Counted from the stretch's first letter, positions 1-16,075 are shown. The stretch is 64,000 nt of DNA from the human T2T-CHM13v2.0 reference genome, Homo sapiens (GCF_009914755.1 NC_060926.1); one strand, 5' to 3'. A program made the numbers and translations. Notes: generated by a model from the sequence alone, not told the origin.

Positions 1-1131
<1,131 letters not shown>

Positions 1132-1291
1132 TTAATGAGTTATAGTAATAATTTAAAAAGTTAAAAAGATAAAGTAACTATCTCTTTGGCCTGGCTTAGT
1201 TCACACCTTGTGTTCACACCTGATTTTAGTTCTAGAGATTTCTGTGATTATAACTGGCTTTTAGAAGTGAACGACTGTGTCACTGCATGGC

Positions 1292-2051
1292 AAAGTGGTC
1301 TCCAAAGTGGGATATGCACCCCAGGGAGCACTTGAGAAGACTCATTTGGGTAGGAAAAGAAATTGATTAGGACTTGCATTTACATTCATTTTGTTATCAT
1401 GAAACATTATGGTAACTGATGGCAACTGTATTGACATTGGCACCATCCTTGAGTCCACATATCTGGGTGGTTAGGTATTGCCTGGGGCATAGGCGAAGTC
1501 TCCTGAGCAAAGAATGGGAGTGCCCAGCTCAGGGGCTTCCTAGTGGCTTCCCCACTGTTCCATCTGTCTTTGTTATATTGTGAAATATATTGTGCCTAGT
1601 TAACTGGATTTACAAATTCTATATTTTAGTTTTAACAAAACCTCACAAACTAGCAGAATTTTTAAAAGATTCTGGAAAGAATTCTCGTAAGTTGAAGACA
1701 ATTTTAATATTGCAAGCAAAAAAAGAATGGCAAAGCTTTGCATGAACTTTTTGTCAGCCACGTTATGAGTTAATGACAGGGACCACTGAATCAAATCTGG
1801 CAAGAAGCTGGCCATGAAAATTTTATGATACCTGGAAAACTAAGGGATTTATATTCACCTTGTTTAATCATGAACTTCGTCCTGTTCGTATTGCCTTGAG
1901 ATATTATGATTAGAAAACATTGTATTCATTCTGTCATCCTTTTTCCATGTTTTATAAGGTATATAACATATTAATACAATAATACATGTATATGAATTTT
2001 AAAAAAAAGACACATACAAAATGTGAGTAGAAAATAACTTGGATACTACTG
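1292..2051. mobile_element. Old hAT-Charlie DNA transposon remnant
   Basis: Start GTGGTCTCCAAAGTGGGATATGCACCCCAGGG resembles Charlie termini; a related copy lies at ~25483-25720. Confidence 0.5.
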
Positions 2052-3444
2052 TCATGTAGTTCAAAGGCTACTTACTGCTCATAGTTAAAATGTGTGGAAA
2101 AGTCTGCATATCACAGGCAGGTCATCATACCATTAAAAGACCTTAATTTTTTTTTCTCTTGTGAACCTATTAAAGTGTATTTGATTGTATCACAGCCATT
2201 TCTAAAACAGATGTGTACTGCTGTTCCTCACACCAAATGTGTATCCGATACATAACATTTGTTCTACCAGGACTTGAGTAATTACTAATAATATTTCAAG
2301 GATGGAAATGATTTAAATGTTCATATGTCTGAAAAATTGATGAATAACTCCCAAAACAATTCAAACGATTCTTTCAGTATTGCCCCTGACAAGTTCTAAA
2401 TGTTAGTATATTGTCCCCTTTGGATCATTCATTTTAAAGCTGTGAAGAGTGTTGATTCCTTGTTTTTCAAGCACATGTACATATGAAACAACCAAATTTC
2501 ATATTGTTCATACTTAGTGAAATTTTTTTTCTATTAAAAGAAAATGTCTTTCTTAGAGAAAGCAGATCGCTGAAGAGACAGATATGGTAATAACGATCAT
2601 TAGTTTACTTGGCCTTGGTTTTCCACAGTGTTGAGTTATAATGTAATCTATAGTTCATCTTTTTAACTAACTCTCAATACATTATCAACCCAGTGCCTCA
2701 CACTGTTTACAAGGATGATTTATTATTTGTCAGATTTTAAGTGCTAACCTATGAAATGTTAAACTTCTATTGGCAGCCACTGCAGGAAGGTTTGTAGGTG
2801 TCCTGACTAATGCTTTGAAAGACCAGCATTAGCAGTAAATCACAGCATACAAAATTTTTTAATAAAGTAATGGAAAGGATTTTACATTCTGGGTCATCTA
2901 AGCTTTGGTATTTGGAAGTTAGTTATGTGCGAAATTAAAGGGGTAAAACATTCTCAGGCTTTAACCCTTGAACTTTGGGCCAGCCATAGTCAATAGCAAA
3001 AGCATCTTGGTAGCTTTGTTCTCCTAACCCCGAGATTTCTTGGCTATGAGAACTGACAGAGTGCCAAGTATAGGCCTAATTGCATTCCTTGTTACTGAGA
3101 AAAAATATCTCAAAGGAATTTTCCTTTTCTTTCAAAGGGGTACCTGGGCATTTTCTGGGATAGCAAAATTGTTTATAAGATGTTTGCAAAACTTTCTGAA
3201 AAGAGAACTTGAAGAGGGCTCTGACAGCTAGTTGAAAGGCATGTGTGGCTTACCTAGAGCAGTGGAGAGTTCGGGAGATGCAATTTAAAACGTGAGAGAG
3301 ATGTGGCTTTGTCCTCTAAAAGCTTGCTTGCTCCTTGATGCACAAGCTGATGGCCTCTCTTCTTTTTCTTTCTCTATGTTCTGCTCAAAGATTTAGCAAG
3401 ACATTACATAAGATATTCAGCTAGCCCCATAATAGACTGCCAGC

Positions 3445-3535
3445 TGTCTAGGTTCTGCTTTGTTCACCAATATTTCCTGTGCTGTGTCCACTGCCTAATA
3501 CATAAGACATACTCAATTAGTATTTGTTGAATGAA
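3445..3535 (+). mobile_element. L2 3' end fragment
   Basis: TTTGTTCACC...ACTCAATTAGTATTTGTTGAATGAA, typical L2 tail. Confidence 0.65.
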
Positions 3536-3617
3536 CATATATATTCAGGTATTTTCTTCTATGATCTATATATTGGTGATTAATTTATTGAACCAGATAT
3601 ACTCTGAAACAAATTAA

Positions 3618-3947
<330 letters not shown>

Positions 3948-6629
3948 TAATTTTAGTAGATTGAGATCTTCTAATATATGGAGTTTATATTGTAGTGGGA
4001 GGGCCAGACAATGAAGAAACATGTAATCAAGTGAATAAACCCAATAGTTCAGCAAGTGATGAGAGCTGCAAAAAACCTGAACAAGGCAAGTGTTGTGATG
4101 TAGACTAAGGGCTTGGAGAAACCAAAGCCTGGAACAACCTGAAAGCCCAGTGGTATAGAAGGAATTGATACAACCTCCCCAAAGGCTTAATTTACTCCAA
4201 TAGTTAGCATGTACAGTGAAAAGATTCATCTTATCACAGCTTTTCTTAATGAAAATAGTTTTGCTGCATCTTACCATACTAAGAATGTCAGTTCCTACTT
4301 TATAGAATTTTGTTTTTAACACATCAGTTGGTTAACACCAGTGCCAAGGCCAAGGGGTTACCTCTCCACTTCACTTCCCTTCTTCTCCAAGCTGCACTTC
4401 TCTCTCAAAGCCAGACAGCTGTCTCCCAAATGTGCACTGTCAGTCGCATAGGAAACCAGATGACCAAAAGAGGGTGGATCAGCACAAATTTCTCATCAAA
4501 GCTGAAAGAAAGAAAGAGAAAGAACCTCAAAGCCAATGCCCTGCTGACTGTGGGTCAGAAGTGTTATCTTTGTATCTCAAGGACAGAAAACTTAATAAAG
4601 ATTTGGGTACAAAGTACACATCATCCTCCAGGCATGCCGAACGATGTCAGTCAGAAAGCCGTTCCTTAGAGTTTACAATTTCCCCTTTTTCCTAAATTAA
4701 AAAATGCTAATGTGAACTGTTGACTCGCAACAACACATGTTATTATTGTATATAGGGCAAAGAGTAAATAAGACACTTGCCTCATGAAATAACAGTTCAT
4801 TTTAACTCAGCAAGCTGGAAGTAATTTTAGCTTTTTTTTCTTTTTTTTTATGCTTCTTTATGGAAGTAGGCCACAATCATTTTTATTCCACGATTCTTTA
4901 TAACCCTATAGCATGCTTCCTGTTTATGCTTTTAAGACCTGTTTTTAAAGACCCTTAAGGGATATCCTTTAATACATTCCTTTTGAAAATAATTATTCAT
5001 CTATAGTACCCCCTTAGAATGTCTGAGGGTTTGAAAATATGGGAACTTCTTAATGAGATGTGTTTAATAGTCTATGCAGAGTATTGAAATGTTTACACCT
5101 GGTTTAGTTAACATAAATTATATTTAATTAGTCATTCTGGAAAATAAGTAGATATTTTAGAATAGATTCAGTACCTAAAACCCACCATTTGCTTTTTATG
5201 TATAGTATCCATAGATAAATTCAATGCATGTATTTATAGGTTTAAAAACTTGCTTGCAATAACATAAAGTCAATTCTTAGGGACTTTTAGAAATAATACA
5301 AGGAACATGTCTTGTTGGGGCAAGCAAAAAAACATCCATGTGGGCCAGAAGATCATGTTTATAATTTTTTACAAAGTTTAAAGTGCAATACAAATGTTAT
5401 TATGTTACTGCTATTTTTAACGTTTGTGGCATGAAGAACTTCTGGGTTGAATGACAGTCCATAATTTTTTGTTTAAATGCTGAATGTTCCTGTTTAGAGT
5501 GAGATTTCCTTTTTCACATGCAACCTTTGTGTCGGGGGTGCCCTGAGTTCCTTAGATGGAATCGTTCACACTGCAATTGACTTTTCAGCTCTTTAGGTGA
5601 CACTTGTGCCTCCATGTGATCCTTCACATGATGCTTTAGCTGGAAGTCTCATTTATAGAAAGAAACCTCGACCCACGTCACATCTGCAATCTAAGAGCCC
5701 CACTGTGGCCATCTCCCCAGTTTCTCCCATGCACTAGAAAAGGGCTGAGCAATCGCTCATCCTTGGTATTGGGTGGCCTCTGTTATGGTCCTCTGAAGTA
5801 TGCTGTGCTCGCAGAGTTTATCTGCCCTGCACTCTTTACTCTTGCTGCTTTGATGTCTTCTTATGGCTGGTATGTGTTTTGTAGTTATTCTGGCCACCAG
5901 CAGTTTTTTCTGCAAATCCTGTGTCCTGCTGGGTATGTCTGTTCCTTCCTGTTCCCCCAACAACACATTCTCTTCACTTCAGCATCTTTTTTTTTGTTTG
6001 CCCTCAATGCTACAAGAAACCAGAAACAAGACAGCGTGTCTTGATAATATTCCTCTGCCGATTTTCCACTGCCTTCTTCCCTGGATGAAATTGCTCTTTT
6101 CCACAGCACTCTAGTGTTGCCAGCTGCCATCTTTGTTCTCTGCTCTTTCAGAGCGCTCACATGGAGGGGGTGCAGCAGGAGGTGGGGAGGGCTGTGGAGA
6201 GGCACAGCCCTTTCTGCTCAGAGTGGTCCTCCAGAGAAGTGCCACATTGTCCGGATGGAGGACCTGACCATGGGAAACAGACTCCCTGACAGTCACCATG
6301 GGTTACACAAATATTACTTCCATTTAGCTTGACCTTTCATTGTGCTTGAAAAAGGACTGAAAATACTTAAATCATGTATAGTATTTTTCTGGAAACAAAA
6401 ATAAATGGGGTTCTTTTCAGAAGGCACACTTGAACTTTTGCCCTTGCTCTTCCTTTTTGAGCCATTTTATCCAATTCAGTGTTTTCTTTTATCATGTATT
6501 TTCCTTTTGTGAGAAATAGCGAATTTCTCTGCTGATAAAATTATGAATCACAGAAGCAATGTAACTGTTAAAGATAAGGATAGCGCTTGTGGCCCTAAAA
6601 TACTTAGTTCTGGGAATTCAGCTTTGCTA

Positions 6630-6905
6630 ATATTTCTTAAGTGCTTACTCTGTATGTGCACGTATGTGTCACTGGCAGACCGACTTCTTAATTCTAAAAC
6701 TGCTTTAATGCATTATCCCAACCAATTCTCACAACAGCCCTGTGAGGTGGGTAGTATTATCATTTATCTGTGTTTTATGGATGTACACATGGAGGCACAG
6801 TAAAGTTAAGTGATTTCCTCAAGGTCGCACGATTAACCCTGGGCAGGGCCTGGATTTGAACCTAGGCAGTGTGACTTCAGCACCTATGTTCTTAACCACT
6901 GAACT
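6630..6905 (-). mobile_element. MIR
   Basis: Antisense MIR core: ACAACAGCCCTGTGAGGTGGG...GAGGCACAG...GGATTTGAACCTAGGCAG. Confidence 0.8.
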
Positions 6906-6929
6906 AAACTCAATAACTCAAGTGTGTCA

Positions 6930-7060
6930 TAGAACCTCTGAGAACCTAAGTTTCCTCATCTCCGAAATGGGAATAGTAACACTTACCTTACTAAATTGTG
7001 AGGATCAAATAAAATAATTACTTGAGAGGATGCACTTAATTGTGATGTGCTGAAGCATAA
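6930..7060 (+). mobile_element. MIR fragment
   Basis: CCTAAGTTTCCTCATCTCCGAAATGGGAATAGTAAC...TTGTGAGGATCAAAT. Confidence 0.75.
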
Positions 7061-7258
7061 GGTTGAAGTCTGGGGGAAATGTTGATATGGGATTTTCTGT
7101 TATGAGTCTTATTGGTGAATTTGTCCTTTGCTGCTTGGATATACTGCTGGTTCAGATGAAAAACTGTTTTTTTAAGGCTGTTTTGAAACCACAGGAAGAC
7201 CTCAGGTTTCACAATGAAAGGGATCCTTTCCAAAATGGTGGCATTTAGAAGCATTTAG

Positions 7259-7578
<320 letters not shown>

Positions 7579-9099
7579 AACTATAACATTTGTAATATGC
7601 CAAGTAATCATATCATTGTTTTCCTTTTACTCTAATCCCCCTTTAATGTAGCACTTGACACTCCCTCCCTTTTTTCTAAATCATGCAAAATAAGTTTTCT
7701 TTCCAGTGTCTATTCACCATATACCATGGACTTATCACTAACTATCACTCACTGTGTAATACTGGACCTGGGACCATGTCTTGTATTGCCAGCACAGGGC
7801 CCTGAAACACAAGAGATATTGGGCAAGGGATAGACCAGTGGAAGAGAGGTAGAAAGCAAGTCCAGAGATAAAGATTTAGAAAGGCTGCAGACTAAAATGA
7901 CTGCTTCAGAATGTGGGACAGGAGACCAGAGCTGCAGAAGAGTCAGCTGGGTGGTATTGGAGGAGGACCTGGAAGAGGACGCTGAGAAAGACAAGCTTAA
8001 CAGGAGACTGGTTGTTCTCTTGCAGCTGCTTTACAGGGGAGTGAAGCCTTCCTCCTCCGTCTGATGCTGGGCCTGCCTTCCCTGCTGTGCAGCTACTCTG
8101 TGTCTGTGGGTCTAGTACCTTCATTTCTCATTATGTTCACACAAGTCAGGTTGTTGGGGAGCTGAGCTCTTACAGTCCCATGGGGGAAGTGGAGAGCCAA
8201 AGGTCTCACTTTTTGTGATTCTTTGGAGATTTTATGCACCCTAGAAATTTGAGTTTTTCCTGGTGTCTTCTGGGACTGGTACTGCATACCCAGGGTCACC
8301 CTGTTTGGGGGCTTTTCCAAGCGGAGTTTGTGATCATAATGAGTTATATTTTTCCTCTTTTCTGGATAAGAACAATATCCTTGCCATTCAGTCTCCAAAT
8401 ATAGCATGTGGTTATGATAGAAGAATATCCTTATGTTAGGAAAGAAATTGGCAGTCTCAATGAGGCAGAAATGTCCAATTTAGAAAACATGTCTAAAAGG
8501 AAAAGCTGCTGTAAGTCCTTTTTGGAATCAGGTGGAATATAAATGAATAAATAAAAAAATTTCAAATAAAATGTGTGGTCTGACAATACATTCTACTTTC
8601 TCTCTTTAAGGTACTTGTTGATTTTGCCTAAACTTCAGATGTAATTTTTTTGTCACTTCATTAAAATTTCAGACTTCAAACTGATCTGGCATCTAATTGG
8701 GAGAATAACTTGGATGGAGATTTTCTAGCTGATGCATGTAATCAGAGCACTACAATAATATTGTCAGGGACTGACCCATTTAGAATGTTTTTAAGAATGT
8801 TGGTAAGTGTATAAGAAGAGTACTTAACACAGGGGAGGGAGAAAAGGCATCAGGTCCCAAAGAAAGAGCCAAAATGGAACGTATGTCAGTCTTGGCTGGA
8901 AGTATACAAATACGGAGTATATAATATAAAATCACCTAATCGATTAAGGTGTCTGTAGTTAACATTCATCAGAATTATGGATACAAGCACATCTATCATA
9001 CTTCACCAACCCAAGGGTGCCTGTTTAGTTTCTCTTCATGTAGTACTAAGCTGATCATAACACTTGATAGGCAAGTAACTCAAGTAAATTGAAGTATAT

Positions 9100-9620
9100 G
9101 ATGCCCTTTCTAGAGGGCAGTTTGTCACTATGTTTGTTTTTAATCCTTTAAAATATATTTACTGTTTTATTTATAGGAATTTGTGCTAAGGAAATAATTA
9201 AAGATATGTGGAAAGGTTTTAGCCACAAAGATGTTCATTACATCATTGTTTATAATATAGTAAACAGGAAATTGCTTCAATTACAGATTAGTTAAATATA
9301 TTCTGTATATGATGTCACAGTCATACAATAAAATACTGTTCAGCCACAGTAGATGCTGTTGTAGATAAGTATTGATAATGAAAAGATGTTTATGATACAT
9401 TGTTAGGTAATAAAATGTTAACAAAAGCCAAGTATGCAATGTGATCATATTTTGCTTAATATATGTATATATTCTTAGAAAATATTCTGGAAATGTATTT
9501 AAGAGTTTTAAAAGTTGTTCTCTGAGTGGTAAGGTTTGGGGCATTCTTCTATTTTATCTCTGTCTTTTAATTTTCCTACTCTGAACATATACTGCTTTCA
9601 TAATAAGCAGAAAATAATCC
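9100..9620 (+). mobile_element. Old L1M (L1ME-like) 3' fragment
   Basis: AGGAATTTGTGCTAAGGAAATAAT...AAAGATGTTCATTACATCATTGTTTATAAT resembles the L1M ORF2 end/3'UTR. Confidence 0.65.
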
Positions 9621-9629
9621 ATAGAGGTT

Positions 9630-10900
9630 ATTTTTTTTTAAAAAAATTTATTTTTAAATAAAATTTATTAAAAAAAAATAGATTTGAGGGTGCATGTCCA
9701 GGTTTGTTATATAGGTAAACTCATGTCATGGGGGTTTGTTTTACAGATTATGTCATCTTCCAGGTACTAAGCCTAGTATTCATTAGTTATTTTTTCTGAT
9801 CCTCTCCCTCCTTCCACCCTCCATACTCAAGTAGGCCCCAGTGTCTGTTGTTCTCATGTGTCCATGACTTCTCATCATTTAGCTCCCACTTATAAGTGAG
9901 AACACACAACATTTTGTTTTCTGTTCCTATGTTAGTTTGCTAAGGATAATGGCCTCCAGCTCCATCCACATTTACACAAAAGACATGATTTTGTTCTTTT
10001 TTTATGGCTGCATAGTATTCCATGGTGTATATGTACCACATTTTCTTTATCCAGTCTATCACTGATGGGCATTTAGGTTGATTCCATGTCTTTGCCATTG
10101 TGAATAATGCCGCAGTGAACATTTGTGTGCATGTGTCTTTATGGTAGAATGATTGATACTCCTTTGAGTATATATCCTGTAATAGGATGCTGGGTCAAAT
10201 GGTAGTTCTGTTTTTAGCTCTTTGAGGAATTGTCACACTGCTTTCCACAATGGTTGAACTAATTTACACTCCCACCAACAGTGTATACATGTTCTTTTTC
10301 TCTGCAACTTTGCCAGGATCTGTTATTTTTTGACTTTTTAATAATAGCCATTCTGACTGATGTGAGATGGTATCTCATTGTGGTTTTGATTTGCATTTCT
10401 TTAATAACCAGTGATATTGAGCTTTTTTTCATATGCTTTTTGTGGGCATGTATGTCTCCTTTTGAGAAGTGTCTGTTCATATCCTTCGCCCACTTTTTGA
10501 TGGGGCTGTTTTGTTCTTGTAAATTTGTTTAAGTTCCATAGAGATGCTGGATACTAGACCTTTGTCAGCTGCATAGTTTGCAAATATTTTCTCCCATTCT
10601 TTAGATTGTCTGTTTGCTCTGTTGATTGATGGTTTCTTTTGCTGTGCAGAAACTCTTAAGTTTAATTAGATCCTATTTGTCAGTTTTTGCTTTTGTTGTG
10701 ATTGCTTTTGGCAACTTCATCATGAAATCTTTGCCCATCCCTAGGTCCATAAGAGGATTGCCTAGGTTGTCTTTCAGGAGTTTTTATAGTTTTGGGTTTT
10801 ACATCTAAGTCTAATCCATCTTGAGTTGATTTTTATATATGGTGTAAGAAAGTGGTCCAGTTTCGATCTTCTGCATATGGCTAGCCAGTTATTCCAGCAA
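9630..10900 (-). mobile_element. L1PA (older, approx. PA13-16) 3' ~1.3 kb, 5'-truncated
   Basis: Minus translations MFTAALFTMAKTWNQPKCPS and [27 protein letters not shown] are the ORF2p C-terminus; TSD-like AGGTTATTTT on both sides. Confidence 0.92.
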
Positions 10901-12764
10901 CAAAGGTTATTTTAATTGAGAAAAGGAAAATATTTAGATCAAACCTTATTAAAGTGACTGACTCTGGATAACTGAGAGACTTTATATGAGGCTTTTTGGC
11001 TGTATTTGTTTGTAAACATATTTCAGCTGAACATGTGTGCTGTGATTTTGAAAACACTGACTACTCTATAGTACATTTGATTTAGCAGAGATTATTAGCT
11101 TTCTTCCTAGACTGCCCTGCAAAATGAAGGAACTCAATTTATTAGGCCAGCTCTGGGGTTTCTTCCTACTCCCAAATCCCAGGTCTACACTTTCTAGGTT
11201 TACCCAGAGAAACTGCTGAGTGGGGATTCCCTGCATTTCTTCTATTTACTAGCTCCCAAGTGATGATCATGTATTATTAAGGACTCATTGTATCATTTGT
11301 AGTACACTCAAGCTAACCTACTCTGTAATATTATCCTTGATCTTTTGCTCCTTTGAAGAAAGACCTTCAAAATACCTAGTTTTTGTATCAATTGTTGATT
11401 ACTCTAGTTTTTAACTTTTTTGGAGCGCTTATGGTGAGGGTTACATAGCTGAGAGCTGCTCAGTGTTTCAGGGGAGCTTCAGCCGTAGGTGGGAAGCAGT
11501 TGAAGCAAACTGTAACAAAGAAGTCACTTCCATCAGAAAATAAAATTCCCACCAGCTGTTAAACCCCTGACAACCTCTCAGCCTCTTCCTTTTGTGTCCA
11601 GGAGACCTCTGTCTGTCTACAAACCCTGGACCTGGTTTAGTTCAGTGAGGCAAGATGCCGTATATTTTTCCTTGTTAATCACCCTTGGCAGATGTCATAG
11701 TATTACAACCACTTTCTCCTCCCTTTAAAAATATAATTTCAGAATGACTTCACAATAAATGTAGAGGTAAATTACAGTAACATCTGGCAGACTGACTTCC
11801 TAATTCCATGACTTCTGAGTGGTTGTTAGTGGAAAGAGTATTATAGCTCCATGAGCTAGGAAACCCATATTTTGATCCTGGCTCTGCTGTGAACTTCTTG
11901 GGGAACATTAGAAAGATGACCTAGTTTTTTTAGGTCCAAGTTTTTCTCCTCAGGAAAGTGAAATAGTTGAATGTGGTTGTTTTCAACCTTCCTCTCAGTT
12001 CTGAAGTTGTGTGACTATGATCTATAAAGGTCATTTATTGTTGCCTTCATAACTCAAGACCAAAGGCAGAGTGTCTGTTAACACTCCATTTCAGTGACTC
12101 CCCTGCCACTTATTTCTCTTGGTCCAATAAACTATTGTTTTTTTGTTTATCTTCCTTTTCTCATAAAACACTAAGTAATTTCAGAGAGAATCTCATTTTG
12201 GCATTCTTTATATCCTCTAATGTATGATGTGTCTTCGTGACTACTGAAAAAAATTCTTAAAAGCAGCTACTTCCATTATTCTCTAGTTTTTAAAGCTATC
12301 CCCTGAGAACTAAATGTCAATTCAAAGATTCCTGCATTTGTTATCATTTCTACCCTAACCTGTAGAAGTCCAAGACATAATTTGAAACTGAAGGATTCTT
12401 GCCTGGAGACAGTGGGCTCATAAATATGTAGCTTGATTTTTCTCTATAAGAAGAAATTAGGATTTTTAACAATACTTTTTCAGTATCTAAGTTGAATATG
12501 CAAAATTGGGCTGCTGTACATGCTTGCAGATCCTGTATTTTTAATTGTAGTTACATTATTTTTCAATTGAGTAATAATTTTCAATGAAGCTACTGCAAAA
12601 TAACAGGTTCTTGCCTAATGAAAGATTTTACAAACCAAAGACTCATGTGTTTTAACTCTATCTCTAATTTAGACTCTGAAATATGCCATTCTTCCTTTAT
12701 ATATGTCAGATAGCTGTCTGTTTTCTAGGCCGAGCATGGAAAACACAACCCAAGTGGGCCACAG

Positions 12765-13320
12765 AAGAGGTCACTAATTTCCTACCCAGTACCCATTCTT
12801 TTCCTCTTCCTTAGTAACACATTCTGATTTTATTCAAAGGGATAATGTCCCCAGCCAAAAGACTGCATTTCCTAGCCTCCTTTGCAGTGAGGGGTAGCCA
12901 ACACAGAGATCACTAGGTGGGAGTTCCAGGAAACCTCTTCAGTGGGAGTTGACTGTCCTGCGCATGTCTTGACTCTGCATCTTCTGGCTCCTTTCTGAGC
13001 TCCACCTGGTCACAGGATGGTCAAGTCAGCTTTAATCTCATCATCCTCTTCATTTAAGCCCAGCAAGAAAAAGTCCATTTTCCTAATAGCTTAAACAAAG
13101 CCCCCGGTTTGCATGTCCTTGCCCTCATTGCCCATTTTGAGCTGCCTTGAACCCATAACTGAGACACATAGAATACAATGTGCCGATGGATCCATCCTGG
13201 TCATATAACAACCCCAGGGCTCAGGTTGGAGGCAGCTTCACTGGGTCCCCTAAAGCAAAGTAGGGCTAGGAGAAGTGGGGGTGGATGGATACTGAATGAT
13301 CATACTACAAATGTCCACCC
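12765..13320. mobile_element. MLT1-family (ERVL-MaLR) LTR fragments
   Basis: CCCAGCCAAAAGACTGCATTTCCTAGCCTCCTTTGCAG is typical of MLT1H-K; degenerate LTR-like sequence continues to ~13320. Confidence 0.55.
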
Positions 13321-14189
13321 CACCAAGTATGCCAGTTTCTTCTCTGAGTTATTAGTCTCTGATAATCTGGTAAACTGCTTGGTTTGCAAAGTTACGTGAA
13401 CAACAATTTAGTCACTAGATTCATTTATAGTAAACGAAGTTGAAGGCTCAAGGCTGCACCATTAATCTGGATTAGCTATCAAAATATATATCTTCTAATT
13501 TTCCTGAGTAATATCTTATAATAAGTCATATAACTTCTCTTTCCATTATCACCCCATATATGGCCTGCTAAAAGGGTGGAATCAAAAGCTTGCCAAGAAA
13601 TTTTTTCAAATCACAGCAATTGTATTTTCCAGTATGGCTTGCTGATATAGCAGAGGACATTGTTTCTGAACATAAAGTTGTATAACAAGTTACAGCTAAA
13701 TGAAATTTAAAACGACTTGTGATAAACCCTGAAAAAGTGGTGCTTTAAAATAGTAATGTCAGCAGGCTGTCTATTATGTAACCATAATACTAGTGTTCTG
13801 AGTTTAGATGGGGAAGTTATAGGGCAGTGACAGAAAATGTCGTTGTCCTGTCTTTGGTATGAGAGAGCATGTAAAAGTGATTTTGAAGTGATTTACTGCA
13901 GATGCATGTTGAGACATGGTAAACAACGAGACAGATGATTATGGCCACAGTTCTGAAGATGTTCAGATGGACTTCAATTAGCTTTGGGCAAGGCTGCTTC
14001 TTGCAGAAGCCAGTATTGATTTTCCAGAATGCCTTCTAACTTTTCAGCAGAAGGGCCAATCTTGTCAATTCCTTTAAAGCCACGGGACACGTCATTGGAG
14101 AGCAGACTGTGGGAAGTCTTCCTGCAGTGGCCAGGGACTGGCTATCTGAGCTGAGGACAGTGGGGCTAGGTGGAGGTGAGGCAGTGAAG

Positions 14190-14400
14190 TGGAATGATGG
14201 AGTGTGAGCTCTACAGTCAGAGAGGCCTAGGTCTGACACTAGTACCTCCATGTATACCAGTAGATCACTAAGCTCTAGGAGCCTCACTTCCCTCCTTTGT
14301 AGGATAGGCACACATGAGAATCTAATGAGAAAAGGCCTGGAAAGCTCCTAGCTCAGTGCTTCTGGCCTGTACTATGTGTTAGGAAATGTTAACTATTACT
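14190..14400 (+). mobile_element. MIR
   Basis: GAGCTCTACAGTCAGAGAGGCCTAGGT...GCCTCACTTCCCTCCTTTGTA. Confidence 0.7.
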
Positions 14401-14944
14401 CCGTTTCAGAGCTGGCCCTTGAAAGAAAGAGAAATATTATTGAGTTTTTCACTCTTTTCCCCTGAGTTTCATTAAGAAAAAAAAAAAAAAAATTTGCATG
14501 TGAAGAAGTTGAATTTGGGTTGGCTCTATTCCTTTCTGACTATGCTTTTACTTTCTTGTGTAGAAAAATGGAGAGTCAGTATTGGCATATCCTAGGTGCT
14601 TTTACTATCTTAGGATCTTGTCCTGTACTTTCGGTGCAAATTTGTTTAAAACAGCCCTTTTTTAAAAAGAAGAATGGTGTTATTGCATCACATCTAAGAA
14701 TGGCAGCCACTTGCTGAGAGAGCAGAAGGACCCTGAGAAGTCAGCAAAGTCTCAGGCCTGTAGTTGGCATCACGTTAGAGACCACCAGCATTCCGTCTGT
14801 CACTTTAGACCTTCTGGAAAGAGTGTTCCAACATCTCAGAATAGCAGGACCCTAGGGTCATAAGCCTCCAGTTTACAAATGAGGAAACCGAGATCTAGAA
14901 AGGAGAAATGACTCACAGGCTACATCAAGAGTCAAAGAAACGTA

Positions 14945-15240
14945 GGCCGGGCATGGTGGCTCACACCTGCAATCCCAGCACTTTGGGAGGCTGTGGCAGG
15001 TGGATCGTTTGAGGTCAAGAATTTGAGACAAGATTGACCAACATGGTGAAACCTCGTCTCTACTAAAAGTACAAAAAAATTAGCCGAATGTGATGGCACA
15101 TGCCTGTAATCTCAGCTACTTGGAAGTCTGAGGCATGAGAATCCCTTGAACCCAGGAGGCAGAGGTGGTAGTGAGCTGAGATGGCGCCACTGCACTCCAG
15201 CCTGGACAACAGAGCAAGACTTCGTCTCAGAAAAGAAAAA
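14945..15240 (+). mobile_element. AluS inserted in an antisense MIR fragment
   Basis: Full dimer; TSD AAGAGTCAAAGA(A/C)AC at 14927 and 15239. Confidence 0.93.
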
Positions 15241-16075
15241 GAGTCAAAGACACAGGCAAGAGTGAAATCCAAGGTTCTCAATGCCCAGGTCAGGGGAATT
15301 AATGACTATACCCTGTTTATCCTCTAACCTTCTCCTTCTGGTCTCCTGTTAATTGCCATTCTCATCCAAGCACTGAAGGGCAGGAATTCATTCCTTTCAG
15401 CAAATTCAGTTTGTTGGAAGCCACCTTTTACTTTGTCCTCCCACCAAAGTGTCAACATCTAGATGTCTTCCCACTGTGGTCACTCCATTACCCAGGAATG
15501 AAATTCACATCTCCTGCCTGGGGGTCTAAGAGTAGCCACTGCCCCAGGCTATTGAATGGGAGAGAGCTGGAGGCCTCACTGTTAGTGCCCAGAGAGACTT
15601 CCTCCTAGGCCCTTGTTTTCAACCTGGACCCTCAGCCTGCCCTCCATAATGCCTGGGGTCTCAGCCTCTTGGGTTCAGTTTTCTAGAGAGGAAACCACAT
15701 ATGTCCCACAGGGTTGAGAGGGATGGTTGCGTGGCTACGGTGAGTGAGGTGGGTCTGTTCCCCCTCTCAGCCTTCCAGGGGTTCTTTGGTGGCCAGACGG
15801 CTGGCTTCTCTGTATTCTTATCTGTGGGCCCTTAAGTCTCAGTGGCCTCTGCTGAATCAAGTTCCTACTCTTTTGTCTGCTTTCCTTCTTTCTGAATGGT
15901 TGTGTCATGCCTCAGCCATTTTTGTCTCATCTTCTCATTTGTTGTCCTTTTGGGCTTATACCTTTTAAAAATTACTTTCTCACCATCCAAGCAGGTTTTG
16001 GAAGAAAACAGATCAGCACAGTGTTAACCACCCCCACCCCATGTTAATAGCCATTTTAAAAAATATATTATTTAA

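Noticed and set aside
9940-10808. L1 ORF2-like peptides as an active retrotransposon
   Set aside because: 5'-truncated to ~1.3 kb with frameshifts and stops; no promoter or ORF1.
11953-11964. Additional IRF-like motifs (GGAAAGTGAAAT here; AAAGTGAAAG at 30623; AAAGTGAAAAG in MER33)
   Set aside because: Imperfect and/or inside old repeats; weaker than the 39841 and 49492 sites.
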